From a bacterium (GTDB taxonomy: Bacteria; Sysuimicrobiota; Sysuimicrobiia; Sysuimicrobiales; Kaftiobacteriaceae), in assembly GCA_035292085.1 (NCBI GenBank), contig DATDQT010000132.1, forward strand, positions 1 through 52,707: 52,707 nucleotides of DNA, in the 5' to 3' direction. Under the pieces are notes generated by a model that saw only the letters and a program-made list of their open reading frames with translations, had not been told where the DNA came from and ran no database searches. This document shows, one piece after another, positions 17,097 to 25,311 of the stretch. Each line of letters starts with the position of its first letter. Position 1 is the first letter of the stretch. Made by a program: the position numbers and the translations under genes.

Positions 17097-17709
17097 CGTG
17101 CGTGCCTCCGGGGTGGCCTTTCGTCGCCTGATAGACCCGGTATCCGCCCCCGCGTTCCATCTCGCGCACCTCATCGAAGATCGCCGCGGCGTCCCGCGCG
17201 AGCGTGCGGGCGCCGTGGGCCGTCCGGGCGACGAAGTACAGCCGGCCGCCGGGACGCAGCACTCCATACGCCTCGCGGAACAGCCGGTGCAGCTGCGCTT
17301 TCCCCGCCCGAATTGGCGGGTTGGTGACGATGACGTCGAACTGCCGGCCGCGGACGGGCTCGATGCCGTCACCGCGCAGCACGTCCGCGTTGGTCAATCC
17401 GGCCAGCGCCGCGTTCTCCTTCGCCAGCTCGACCGCCCGCTCGTTCACGTCCACCATCGCCACGCGGCCGGACTGGACCAGTGTCGCCGCGACGAGGCCC
17501 AACACACCGTACCCGCATCCGAGATCCAAGACGGCGTCGGATGGTTCCAACGTCATCGTCTCCACCAGCAACCGTGAGCCGGCATCCACCCCGGCCGGCG
17601 AGAAGACTCCGCGATCGGTCCGGAAGGTCCACTCGCGTCCCCGGAGGGTCGCGTGGATGACCCGCCGGCGGGACGGCGCCTCGGGCTGCTTCGAAAAATA
17701 GTGCTGCAT
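17089..17709 (-). CDS. class I SAM-dependent methyltransferase, RsmC/RlmG-like small MTase domain
   Basis: ORF track 206 aa. Motif I is VLDLGCGYGVLGL and motif IV is VTNPPIRAGK. It overlaps the ffh start by 8 nt and abuts the ylxM stop. Confidence 0.85.
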   Translation of the reverse strand: MQHYFSKQPEAPSRRRVIHATLRGREWTFRTDRGVFSPAGVDAGSRLLVETMTLEPSDAVLDLGCGYGVLGLVAATLVQSGRVAMVDVNERAVELAKENAALAGLTNADVLRGDGIEPVRGRQFDVIVTNPPIRAGKAQLHRLFREAYGVLRPGGRLYFVARTAHGARTLARDAAAIFDEVREMERGGGYRVYQATKGHPGGTHDV

Positions 17710-18068
17710 CAGGACGCAGTTTTCCGGATGGCCGCGACGTGGTCGAGCAGGTGGTCCAGTGTCTTCTGATCCACCTTCCCGTTCAGGGCCTTGATCGTGC
17801 CCTCCAGCGCCGCCGTCCGTTCGGTGATGATCCGCCTTCGCTCCAGCGCGTGCAGCGAATGCTCCAGACGTTCCAACTCATCGACCGACCGGCGCACACT
17901 GTCGTAAATGGCCTGCCGTGAGACCTCCAGCCGCTCGGCGATCTCTCCCAAGGAGAGGTCGCGGAGGTAGTACAGACGCAGCAGCATGCGCTGGTGGACC
18001 GTGAGCATCTGACCATACGCGTCATAGAGCGCGATGACGCGGAAGCGTTCTCGAAAGAGGGTGTCCAT
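17709..18068 (-). CDS. ylxM: YlxM/p13-like putative DNA-binding protein (UPF0122)
   Basis: ORF track 119 aa. The sigma-70 region-4-like HTH is LSLGEIAERLEVSRQAIYDSV. It occupies the canonical position upstream of ffh. Confidence 0.85.
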   Translation of the reverse strand: MDTLFRERFRVIALYDAYGQMLTVHQRMLLRLYYLRDLSLGEIAERLEVSRQAIYDSVRRSVDELERLEHSLHALERRRIITERTAALEGTIKALNGKVDQKTLDHLLDHVAAIRKTAS

Positions 18069-18077
18069 GGCAGGCTT

Positions 18078-18106
18078 ACTGTAAAGGAGATTTACTTGAC
18101 AGTCAA
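18078..18106 (-). promoter_or_regulatory. candidate sigma-70 promoter for ylxM-ffh (possibly leaderless)
   Basis: The minus strand has TTGACT (18106-18101), a 17-nt spacer and TACAGT (18083-18078). Only 9 nt (AAGCCTGCC, no SD) separate the -10 from the ylxM ATG at 18068. Confidence 0.4.
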
Positions 18107-18988
18107 CAGCGCGTCGGCAAATGCCTGGGGGTCAAACGGCTGCAGGTCGTCGAGGCCTTCACCGGTGCCGACGAGTTTCACCGGGATCTGCAGTTCGGTC
18201 GCAATCGCCAGCACCGCCCCGCCCCGGGCCGAGCCGTCGAGTTTGGCCAAGACGATCCCGGTCAGGTCGACCGCGTCGTGGAAGATCTTGGCCTGGGCGA
18301 TGGCGTTCTGGCCGGTCGAGGCGTCGAGCACGAGCAGCCGCTCGATCGGCGCCCCGGCCATCTCGCGGCCGATGACCCGGTTGATCTTCTTGAGCTCCTC
18401 GAGGAGATTGACCTTGGTGTGGAGTCGGCCGGCCGTGTCCGCAATCAACACGTCGATCCCCCGTGCTTTCGTCGCCGCGATCGCGTCAAACACCACGGCC
18501 GCCGGATCCGCGCCGGGCGCGTGCGTGACGACCTCGCAGCCGGTGCGCCGGCCCCAGATCTGCAGCTGGTCGATCGCCGCGGCGCGGAACGTATCCGCGG
18601 CGGCCAGGAGGACGGATCGGCCGTCCGCCCGCAGGCGGTGGGCCAGCTTCCCGATCGTGGTCGTCTTGCCGGACCCGTTCACGCCGAGGATCAGGACCGC
18701 GGCGGGCGGCGGGTCTAAGACGAGCGGGGCCGGTGGGGCCAGCACCTCGCCGACAATCTCCCGGAACACCCTACGGCGGGACTGGGCGTCGCGGCTCGGG
18801 CGCCGGCGCATCATCGTCACGATGCGCTCGGCGGTCGGCACCCCGACGTCCCCGCCGAGCAGCGCCTCTTCAAGCGCGTTGTAGAATTCCGGGTCGGAGG
18901 ACAGCCCGAAGGCATCCTCCAGGCGCGCGGTCAGCACGTCGCGCGTCTTGCCCAGGCTCGCTTTGAGCCGATCGACCCAAGAGGTCAT
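18092..18988 (-). CDS. ftsY: signal recognition particle receptor FtsY (NG domain only)
   Basis: ORF track 298 aa, with GVNGSGKTTTIGKLA, DTAGRLH and TKLDGSARGG. Confidence 0.95.
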   Translation of the reverse strand: MTSWVDRLKASLGKTRDVLTARLEDAFGLSSDPEFYNALEEALLGGDVGVPTAERIVTMMRRRPSRDAQSRRRVFREIVGEVLAPPAPLVLDPPPAAVLILGVNGSGKTTTIGKLAHRLRADGRSVLLAAADTFRAAAIDQLQIWGRRTGCEVVTHAPGADPAAVVFDAIAATKARGIDVLIADTAGRLHTKVNLLEELKKINRVIGREMAGAPIERLLVLDASTGQNAIAQAKIFHDAVDLTGIVLAKLDGSARGGAVLAIATELQIPVKLVGTGEGLDDLQPFDPQAFADALLTVK

Positions 18989-19011
18989 GGGGGAACGGCC
19001 GGGCGACCAGG

Positions 19012-22000
19012 CTACCCGGTGAGTGCGGGAGCGGGTTCGCGCGCCGCTGCGCCCGGCGCGAGGCGCATCGAGATGATCTTCGAGACCCCGGGCGTTTCCA
19101 TCGTCACGCCGTAGAGGACGTCGGCGGCCTCCATCGTCCCTTTGTTGTGGGTGATGATGATGATCTGCGTCTGCTCCGCGAGTTCGCGCAGCAGCGTCGT
19201 GAACTTCTTCGTGTTCGTGTCGTCCAGCGCGGCTTCGACCTCGTCAAAGATCGCAAACGGGCTCGGATGGACCCGCAGCATCGCAAAGATCAGCGACAGC
19301 GCCACCAGTACGCGCTCGCCCCCGGACAGCGCGGACAGCGCCCGGGTCTTCTTTCCGGGCAGTTGCGCGGTGATCTCAATCCCGGGCTCGGCCGTGGCCC
19401 CGGCCTGGCCGGATGCGGGCGGATCCGGCTCCACGAGTTCCAGCTGGGCCCGGCCGCCATCGAACAACCGCATGAAGAGGCGGTTGAACTCATCGTTCAC
19501 GGTGGCAAACGTCTGGGCGAAGCGGACACGCAGGACGCCGTCGAGCTGCCGGATCAACGCGCTCAGCGCACCGCGCGCCCGGTCCAGGTCCGCCGCCTGG
19601 GCCTCCAGCGTGTCGACGCGGGCGGTCACGATCTCGTGCTCATCCAGTGCGCGCAGGTTCACCGCCCCCAGCGCGGCGATCAGACCCCGGAGCGACTGGA
19701 TCCGCCCCAGCGCCTCATCGCGGCTGGCGGGCAGGCGGACGTCCCGGACGGCGTCCCAGTCGGCCCCAAACTCCTCGCCGATGCGCCGCTGCGCGGCCGT
19801 CAGCTCGGTCTCCACCTGGGCCTGCCGGACTTCCAGGCGGTGCGCCTGCTCCTCGACCTCGTGCAGTGCGTCTTGCGTCTCGCGCCATGTCGCTTCCAGT
19901 TCCATCATCTGCTGCTGCAGCGTCGTCCGCTCGGTGTCCAGCGCATCGATGCGTTCGCGGGTCGCGTGTTGCAGCGCCGCGAGAGCCTCGTGCGCCTGCC
20001 GGACTTCGGCCAGCGAGTGGTCGAGCAGGTGATACTCCCCGTCCAGCACGGCCACTTCACCCTGCAGCTGGTTGCGCCGCGCCACCAGATCTGCGAACTG
20101 CCGGGTGTGCTCCTCGATCCGGTCGGTCATCCCGTCCAGCGTCCCGGACAGTTCGGCGAGCTGCACCCGTGAGTCGGTGAGCGCGGCGGCGGCATCGGCG
20201 ATCCGACCCGCGGCCGACTTCAACTCGAGCTCGCGGATCGTCACGGCCTGCTCATGCTCGGCCAGCGCTCGGGTCACCTGGTCCTGATCCGCCCCCAGAC
20301 GGGCGATGTGGGCCAGCAGGTCATTCCGCTCGGCGGCCAGGTGCTCCATCGTCTCCGCCAGCTCCCGCTGCTCACCGGCGACTCGGGCGGCATCCGCCTG
20401 GGCGACCGACCACGACCGCTGGCCCTCGGTCTGCGCGGCCCCGGCACGTTCCCACGTCGCGTCGGCGTCGACCAGTGTCCGCTGCGCCGCGGCGAGCGCC
20501 GAGGAGATCTCATCGCGCTGCGCCGTCAGGTCGCCGATCCGGCGGGCCAGCGTCTCTTGCGTGTCGCGCAGCGCAGCAATCTGTTCCGCGCGGCCCAACG
20601 TGGTGGCCGTGCCGTTGGCGCGCCCGCGCACGCTGATGACGCCGTCTGCCGACAGGAGTTCTCCGTCCACGGTCACCAGGCGGCCCCGGTGCCCCTGCCT
20701 CCGCAGCTCGACCGCGGCGTCGAGCGACGTGACGACGGTCACGTCGCCCAAGAGAGCCTCGATGACCTCGGGAGTCCCATTCGTGCAGCGCACCAGGTCC
20801 GATGCGCGCCCGACGACCCACGCAGACACCGGCAGCGGCACTTTCCCGTTGACCTCAAGGAGATCGGCCGGCAGAAACGTCGCATCGCCGTTCCCGTTCC
20901 CGCGCAGGTAGGCCACGGATTGCTTGACGTCGTCCACGGTCGCGGCGACCAGAGAGAACAGCCGCCGTCCGAGCGCGGCCTCGATCGCGACGCGGTGCGG
21001 CGCCGCCACCTCGAGCAACTCGGCCACCGGATAGTGGATCCCGGCGAACCGGTCGGGATGATCCTGCTTCGCCAGCAGGATCTCGCGCACACCCTGGTCA
21101 TAGCCGGCCCACTGCCGCTGCATCTCTTCCAGCAGCGCATAGGTCGACGATGCCACCTGGTGCTCCCCCGCGGCCTGCCTGAGGGCCTCGTCGACGGCGG
21201 CGGCGCGGGCGCGCAGTGTGTCGGTCTGCACCGTGGCGGCGGCGCGGCGCTGGGCGGCGTCGTCTCGTTCGCCCTGGAGGGACGCCAGCGTGGCGTCCAG
21301 CGCCACGACCTGGGCCGTGAGGACCTCGGCCTCCGCCCCGGCGGCGGCCTCCCGGGTGTGCAGGTCGGCCGCCTGCTCGTCGAGGGCGGCCATCTTCGCC
21401 TCCAGGCGCGCCAGATCGTGGCCCGCCCGGGACCGCGCGGCGGCCAGGTCGGCGGCCTGGGCGCGGCCTCCGGCGAGTTCGTCTTCGAGGGTCTGCTGGG
21501 CCGCGAGCAGCTGGTCATGCGTCTCTTCCGCCGTCCGCAGCCGCTCCAGCAGTTCGTCGCGGCGGACGCGCATCTCCTCGGCCTGTCGCTGCAGCGCGGC
21601 GGTCTGCGCTTCGACCTGCCGGATCCGCGCGTCCAGCTGTTCGGTATCGGCCATCACCCGCTCGCGCTGGGCGGCATTGCTGCGCACGCGCTCCTGGAGA
21701 ATCTGCAGCGAGGACTCCTTGGCGCCGAGGTCCTCGACGACTTGGAGCAGCGTGCGCTGTGCCTGCTCGTAGCCGTGCGCGGCCTCGGCGGCGCGCGCGC
21801 GCCTTTCGTCGATCTGCCGGCCGACGTCGCGGCCCGACGCGGCCAGAGTCGCCAGCCGTTCCTGAACGGACTGTGTCTGCGCGGAAATGCGCTTGAGGGT
21901 CGCGACCGTGCGGCGGGCATCGTCCACCTGCAGACCCAGTTCCAGCTCGCGCGACTCGGTCGTGTAGGCCTGGTACATCCGGGCCGCTTCCGCCTGCTCG

Positions 22001-22617
22001 CGCAGCTGGTCGCGCTGCGACCGCAGTTCCGCCAGCACGTCGGCAACCCGCACGAGGTTGTCGGCGGCATGCTGCAACCGCCGCTCGGCCTCCCGGCGGC
22101 GTCGTTTGAACCGGGCGAGTCCGGCGGCCTCTTCCAGCCACGCCCGCCGGTCCTCCGGGCCCGCGTTGAGCACCGCGTCGACCTGGCCCTGCCCGATCAG
22201 CGAGTACGAGCGTCCGCCCAGTCCGGTGCCCAAAAAGAGCATCTGGATGTCGCGCAGTCGGCTGACGGTGTTGTTGAGGAAATACTCGCCCTCCCCGCCG
22301 CGGTTCGCGCGCCGGCTCACCGAGACTTCGGCATAGTCCAGCGGCAGCACGCCGGAATCGTTGTTGATCGTGAGGGTGACTTCCGCCATCCCCATTGACC
22401 GGCGGGTCGTGCTGCCGGCAAAGATGAAGTCGTCGAGCCGCCCGCCGCGGAGGCTGCGGAATGCCGTTTCCCCCAGCGCCCAGCGGATGGCGTCGAACAC
22501 GTTACTCTTCCCGCTGCCGTTGGGCCCGACGATGGCGGTGATGCCCGGTGTGAACTCGAGCTCCGTCCGGTCGGCAAACGTTTTGAAACCGTGGAGCTCC
22601 AGGCGTTTCAAATACAC
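19012..22617 (-). CDS. smc: chromosome segregation protein SMC
   Basis: ORF 19012..22947 trimmed to GTG 22617 with AGGAGG 9 nt upstream. The product starts VYLKRLELHGFKTFADRTELEFTPGITAIVGPNGSGKSN, has long coiled coils, a hinge, a C-terminal LSGGE signature and the Walker B FAIFDEVEAALD, and is 1201 aa. Confidence 0.95.
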   Translation of the reverse strand: MYLKRLELHGFKTFADRTELEFTPGITAIVGPNGSGKSNVFDAIRWALGETAFRSLRGGRLDDFIFAGSTTRRSMGMAEVTLTINNDSGVLPLDYAEVSVSRRANRGGEGEYFLNNTVSRLRDIQMLFLGTGLGGRSYSLIGQGQVDAVLNAGPEDRRAWLEEAAGLARFKRRRREAERRLQHAADNLVRVADVLAELRSQRDQLREQAEAARMYQAYTTESRELELGLQVDDARRTVATLKRISAQTQSVQERLATLAASGRDVGRQIDERRARAAEAAHGYEQAQRTLLQVVEDLGAKESSLQILQERVRSNAAQRERVMADTEQLDARIRQVEAQTAALQRQAEEMRVRRDELLERLRTAEETHDQLLAAQQTLEDELAGGRAQAADLAAARSRAGHDLARLEAKMAALDEQAADLHTREAAAGAEAEVLTAQVVALDATLASLQGERDDAAQRRAAATVQTDTLRARAAAVDEALRQAAGEHQVASSTYALLEEMQRQWAGYDQGVREILLAKQDHPDRFAGIHYPVAELLEVAAPHRVAIEAALGRRLFSLVAATVDDVKQSVAYLRGNGNGDATFLPADLLEVNGKVPLPVSAWVVGRASDLVRCTNGTPEVIEALLGDVTVVTSLDAAVELRRQGHRGRLVTVDGELLSADGVISVRGRANGTATTLGRAEQIAALRDTQETLARRIGDLTAQRDEISSALAAAQRTLVDADATWERAGAAQTEGQRSWSVAQADAARVAGEQRELAETMEHLAAERNDLLAHIARLGADQDQVTRALAEHEQAVTIRELELKSAAGRIADAAAALTDSRVQLAELSGTLDGMTDRIEEHTRQFADLVARRNQLQGEVAVLDGEYHLLDHSLAEVRQAHEALAALQHATRERIDALDTERTTLQQQMMELEATWRETQDALHEVEEQAHRLEVRQAQVETELTAAQRRIGEEFGADWDAVRDVRLPASRDEALGRIQSLRGLIAALGAVNLRALDEHEIVTARVDTLEAQAADLDRARGALSALIRQLDGVLRVRFAQTFATVNDEFNRLFMRLFDGGRAQLELVEPDPPASGQAGATAEPGIEITAQLPGKKTRALSALSGGERVLVALSLIFAMLRVHPSPFAIFDEVEAALDDTNTKKFTTLLRELAEQTQIIIITHNKGTMEAADVLYGVTMETPGVSKIISMRLAPGAAAREPAPALTG

Positions 22618-23768
22618 GGTCCGTGTCCTCCTGCCAGCACCGAATCGTACATGTGGATCATCACATCTGTGACCTGGTCGAGCGAGAACCTCTGCGCGGC
22701 CGCCCGGCCGGCGCCACCGAACTGACGGCGCCGCGGAGGGTCGTCCAGCAGCAGCCGCGTCCGGTCCGCCAGCTCCGCGGCCGATGGCCCGGTCAGGAAT
22801 CCCGTCACCCCGTCGGTGACGGCATCGGACACGCCGCCGGCATCGACCGCTACGACCGGGACGCCGGCGGCCATCGCCTCGATCACCGCCAGTCCCTGCG
22901 TCTCCGTCTGCGACGCGAACAGGAAGATGTCTCCGGCCGCAATGCACTCCAGCGCCCGCCGGTGCGGCTGCAGACCGGCGAACACGGTCCGGCGGCCGAG
23001 GCCCAGCCGGCCGGTGAGGGTCTGCAGATCATCGATCGCCGGGCCCCCTCCGACGATCAGCAATGTGGCCTGGTAGCGCGCCGGGATCCGCGCAAACGCC
23101 TCCAGCAGCAGCCCGACGCTCTTCTCCTTGCCCAGCCTCGACGCGGTCACCAGCAGCGGCCGGTCCGCCGGGACCCCGTAGGCCGGCCGGACCCAATCCG
23201 GCGCAAGGTCCGCGAACTCCGATAGTTCGATGGTGCCCGTGGGCACGACCTCGATCCGCGCGGTCACCCCCCGGCCGCGCAGGTAGGCGGCCACCGCATG
23301 CGACGGCGCGATCGTGCAGGCGGTCCGGTTGACAAACCGCCGGACGTACGCGCGCACCGCCCGCCGGCTCACCACCGCAGGGATCCACGCCGCGTAGTGG
23401 ACGTACTCCTCGTAGAGCGTATGGTGCGTGAACACCAGCGGGACGCGGCGCCGGCGCGCCTCCCCGGCGGCCACGCTGCCGAGCACGAACGGCGTGTGCG
23501 TGTGCACGAGGTCCAGCGGAATCTGTTCCAACCGCTGCCGGGCGCTCCGCGAAAACGGCACCGCGAGCGGGAAGTTCTCGCCGCGCAGCGGGCGGAACGA
23601 CGGGAAGCGGAGGACGTCGCCGTCGGTATCCCGATAGCCGCGGTACGCCGGAGCGACGATCAGGACATCGTGGCCCTTCGCCCGCAGCCCCCGCGCCAGC
23701 GCTTCCAGCGAGTGCACGACCCCGCTCACCCGCGGCAGGTAGGAGTCGGTGAACATTCCAATACGCAC
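22608..23768 (-). CDS. GT4-family glycosyltransferase (diacylglycerol glucosyltransferase-like N-terminus)
   Basis: ORF track 386 aa, GTG start. It begins MRIGMFTDSYLPRVSGVVHS and has the C-terminal GT-B motif ...FASQTETQGLAVIEAMAAGVPVV. Its 3' end overlaps the smc start by 10 nt. Confidence 0.88.
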   Translation of the reverse strand: MRIGMFTDSYLPRVSGVVHSLEALARGLRAKGHDVLIVAPAYRGYRDTDGDVLRFPSFRPLRGENFPLAVPFSRSARQRLEQIPLDLVHTHTPFVLGSVAAGEARRRRVPLVFTHHTLYEEYVHYAAWIPAVVSRRAVRAYVRRFVNRTACTIAPSHAVAAYLRGRGVTARIEVVPTGTIELSEFADLAPDWVRPAYGVPADRPLLVTASRLGKEKSVGLLLEAFARIPARYQATLLIVGGGPAIDDLQTLTGRLGLGRRTVFAGLQPHRRALECIAAGDIFLFASQTETQGLAVIEAMAAGVPVVAVDAGGVSDAVTDGVTGFLTGPSAAELADRTRLLLDDPPRRRQFGGAGRAAAQRFSLDQVTDVMIHMYDSVLAGGHGPCI

Positions 23769-23838
23769 GGGTGTCTACACAGTCGACTCCGTCTGCACAG
23801 ACTCTTCCGAGTGCCTCATTCATGGCCCTGCGCATGAC

Positions 23839-24369
23839 TCAATTCCTGCTCCCGGACGCCTTCCTAGACCGCAGAGGCCGAGCAGACGGAGTCGACGGCG
23901 GAGAGGGAGCAGCCGCCATTTCCAGCAGGGTCATCACATCCGACAACCGGAAGCGGCGCTGGCCTCCGGCTGTGCGCTGGCAGGCCAGCTTGCCCTGCTC
24001 GGTGTACCGCCGGACCGTGGCCTTGCTGAGATTGAGGATCGCGGCCGCGTCGTGCAGGGTCAGGACGGGGTCCAGGAGCCGGCGGATGATTTCTTCCCGG
24101 GTTTCCGTGAGCGGCCGGCGGCCGCCTTTCTTGCGCGGGGCGGCTGCGCCGCCGAGTGCCATCGGCAGCGCTTCTTGCGTGGGGACCGGCCGGAGCCTTC
24201 TGCCGGATCGGGTCCGCGGCGGCGGCGCGGCGGGGGCCGGCGCAGCGGCGCGATCGGCCACACCTATCGACCTAGACGCGCGTGGCGAAGGAGGAGGCGC
24301 CGGGGAGTCGAGAGCAGGATCCCTGGCGATGACTTCCAGATACCGATACCAATCCCGAAGATCTTTCAC
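23839..24369 (-). CDS. helix-turn-helix (excisionase/MerR-like HTH_17) DNA-binding protein
   Basis: ORF track 176 aa. The clear HTH core is LTLHDAAAILNLSKATVRRYTEQGKLACQRTAGGQRRFRLSDV. The N-terminal 36 codons and the C-terminal tail have A/T-rich third positions, so the real start may be GTG 24261 or ATG 24162. Confidence 0.6.
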   Translation of the reverse strand: MKDLRDWYRYLEVIARDPALDSPAPPPSPRASRSIGVADRAAAPAPAAPPPRTRSGRRLRPVPTQEALPMALGGAAAPRKKGGRRPLTETREEIIRRLLDPVLTLHDAAAILNLSKATVRRYTEQGKLACQRTAGGQRRFRLSDVMTLLEMAAAPSPPSTPSARPLRSRKASGSRN

Positions 24370-24470
24370 GGCTTCGCCCCGGTGCGTGTCGTGGTGCGAC
24401 GAAGTGTCCGGCCCGTGCTGCGGTCGGGCGAAAGCTTTATTAGCGGTTCGCGAGGCCCCCGGTGATTCCT

Positions 24471-24569
24471 CTAGTGCCGAACCAACTTGATTCGCAACAT
24501 GGGCTCCTCTTAGAATCCTTCTGAATCGCTCGGAAGATAGGTCTAGCTATCAAGTTGGTACGGCACTAG
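24471..24569. repeat. 99-bp element bounded by a 21-bp inverted repeat (20/21 match)
   Basis: ctagtgccgaaccaacttgat (24471-24491) pairs with atcaagttggtacggcactag (24549-24569), around a 57-nt low-GC spacer. If the arms are read as 18 bp, TA dinucleotides flank both ends. The DUF402 stop codon lies in the right arm. Confidence 0.8.
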
Positions 24570-25099
24570 CCGGCCTGGGGCTCCGGTGGGATCTTGCGCA
24601 GGCGTTCTGTGCTGGCCGCGACTTCTGCCAGCAGCGCCGGCTTGTCCGCCAGCGCCTGCGCCCGCGCGGCTGCGATCCGGGTCTGGACATCGCCGGATGC
24701 CGCGGCGGCATCCGCCTCGTCGAGGATCCGGATGGCCCCGTCCGGCGTGATGAGCAGATCGACGGCCAGGTCGTTCCACTCCACCGCGTCCTGGCGGAAC
24801 GTAACGCCGGCGGCGAGGTTGATGTAGTACGCGATGGTCCGGCCGTCTTCGTCGACCCAGTGGTAGACGTTGTAGGGACGGTCCGTCCAGTAGTAGGCGT
24901 AGGTCCGGCTGTTGTCGGGAATCAGGACGTCGGCGATCCGCCGGCCCTGCGTGATCGGATACAGCAGGACCGCCCGGTTGGCCGAGCGCTCCAGCAGCCG
25001 GCAGACGAACTCCTGCTGCTCACCGGCCAGGGTGTGCTTGACTTCCTTGATTGGCGTGCCTGCGGCCATTGCAGTCGGATTCCGCTGCGCTGGACGCAA
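24566..25099 (-). CDS. DUF402 domain protein (FomD/Ntdp-like nucleoside di/triphosphatase family)
   Basis: ORF track 177 aa, TTG start. The DUF402 core is YAYYWTDRPYNVYHWVDEDGRTIAYYINLAAGV...VEWNDLAVDLLITPDG. An alternative ATG start lies at 25069. Confidence 0.75.
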   Translation of the reverse strand: MRPAQRNPTAMAAGTPIKEVKHTLAGEQQEFVCRLLERSANRAVLLYPITQGRRIADVLIPDNSRTYAYYWTDRPYNVYHWVDEDGRTIAYYINLAAGVTFRQDAVEWNDLAVDLLITPDGAIRILDEADAAAASGDVQTRIAAARAQALADKPALLAEVAASTERLRKIPPEPQAG

Positions 25100-25113
25100 C
25101 CCCTCCGTTGCTG

Positions 25114-25146
25114 GAAAAACACAAAAGGCGCCGTACGGCGCCTTTC
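25114..25146 (-). terminator. rho-independent terminator after tRNA-Pro (bidirectional hairpin)
   Basis: The minus strand reads AAAGGCGCCGTACGGCGCCTTTTGTGTTTTTCC: a GGCGCC/GGCGCC stem, a GTAC loop and a U-rich tail. Confidence 0.75.
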
Positions 25147-25151
25147 TGCTC

Positions 25152-25229
25152 TGGTCGGGGAGGGGGGATTTGAACCCCCGGCCTCAGCGTCCCGAACGCT
25201 GCGCGCTAACCAAGCTGCGCTACTCCCCG
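25152..25229 (-). tRNA. tRNA-Pro (anticodon CGG), CCA encoded
   Basis: The reverse complement folds by hand as CGGGGAG-TA-GCGC-AGCTTGGTTA-GCGC-G-CAGCG-TTCGGGA-CGCTG-AGGCC-GGGGG-TTCAAAT-CCCCC-CTCCCCG-A-CCA. It is 78 nt with a 7/4/5/5-bp cloverleaf and a T-loop TTCAAAT. Confidence 0.93.
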
Positions 25230-25241
25230 ACGTGCCCACTC

Positions 25242-25271
25242 ATTCTACACTAATCCGCGTTTGCCGGTCGA
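25242..25271 (-). promoter_or_regulatory. candidate promoter for tRNA-Pro
   Basis: The minus strand has TCGACC (25271-25266), an 18-nt spacer and TAGAAT (25247-25242). The -10 ends 12 nt before the mature tRNA 5' end. Confidence 0.35.
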
Positions 25272-25311
25272 CGGCGTTCGATCAGGTCACTCTGAGTAAA
25301 GAGGTCACAGT

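Noticed and set aside
20254-22398. A 714-aa plus-strand ORF, plus several 140-340-aa ORFs across 19100-22700.
   Set aside because: All are antisense or out of frame relative to smc, which has clear Walker A, hinge and signature motifs. They have no recognisable domains and are GC-driven open frames.
23029-23835. A 268-aa minus-strand ORF overlapping the glycosyltransferase.
   Set aside because: It is an alternative frame of the GT4 gene and translates to Arg/Gly/Pro-rich sequence, whereas the GT4 frame has clear GT-B motifs.
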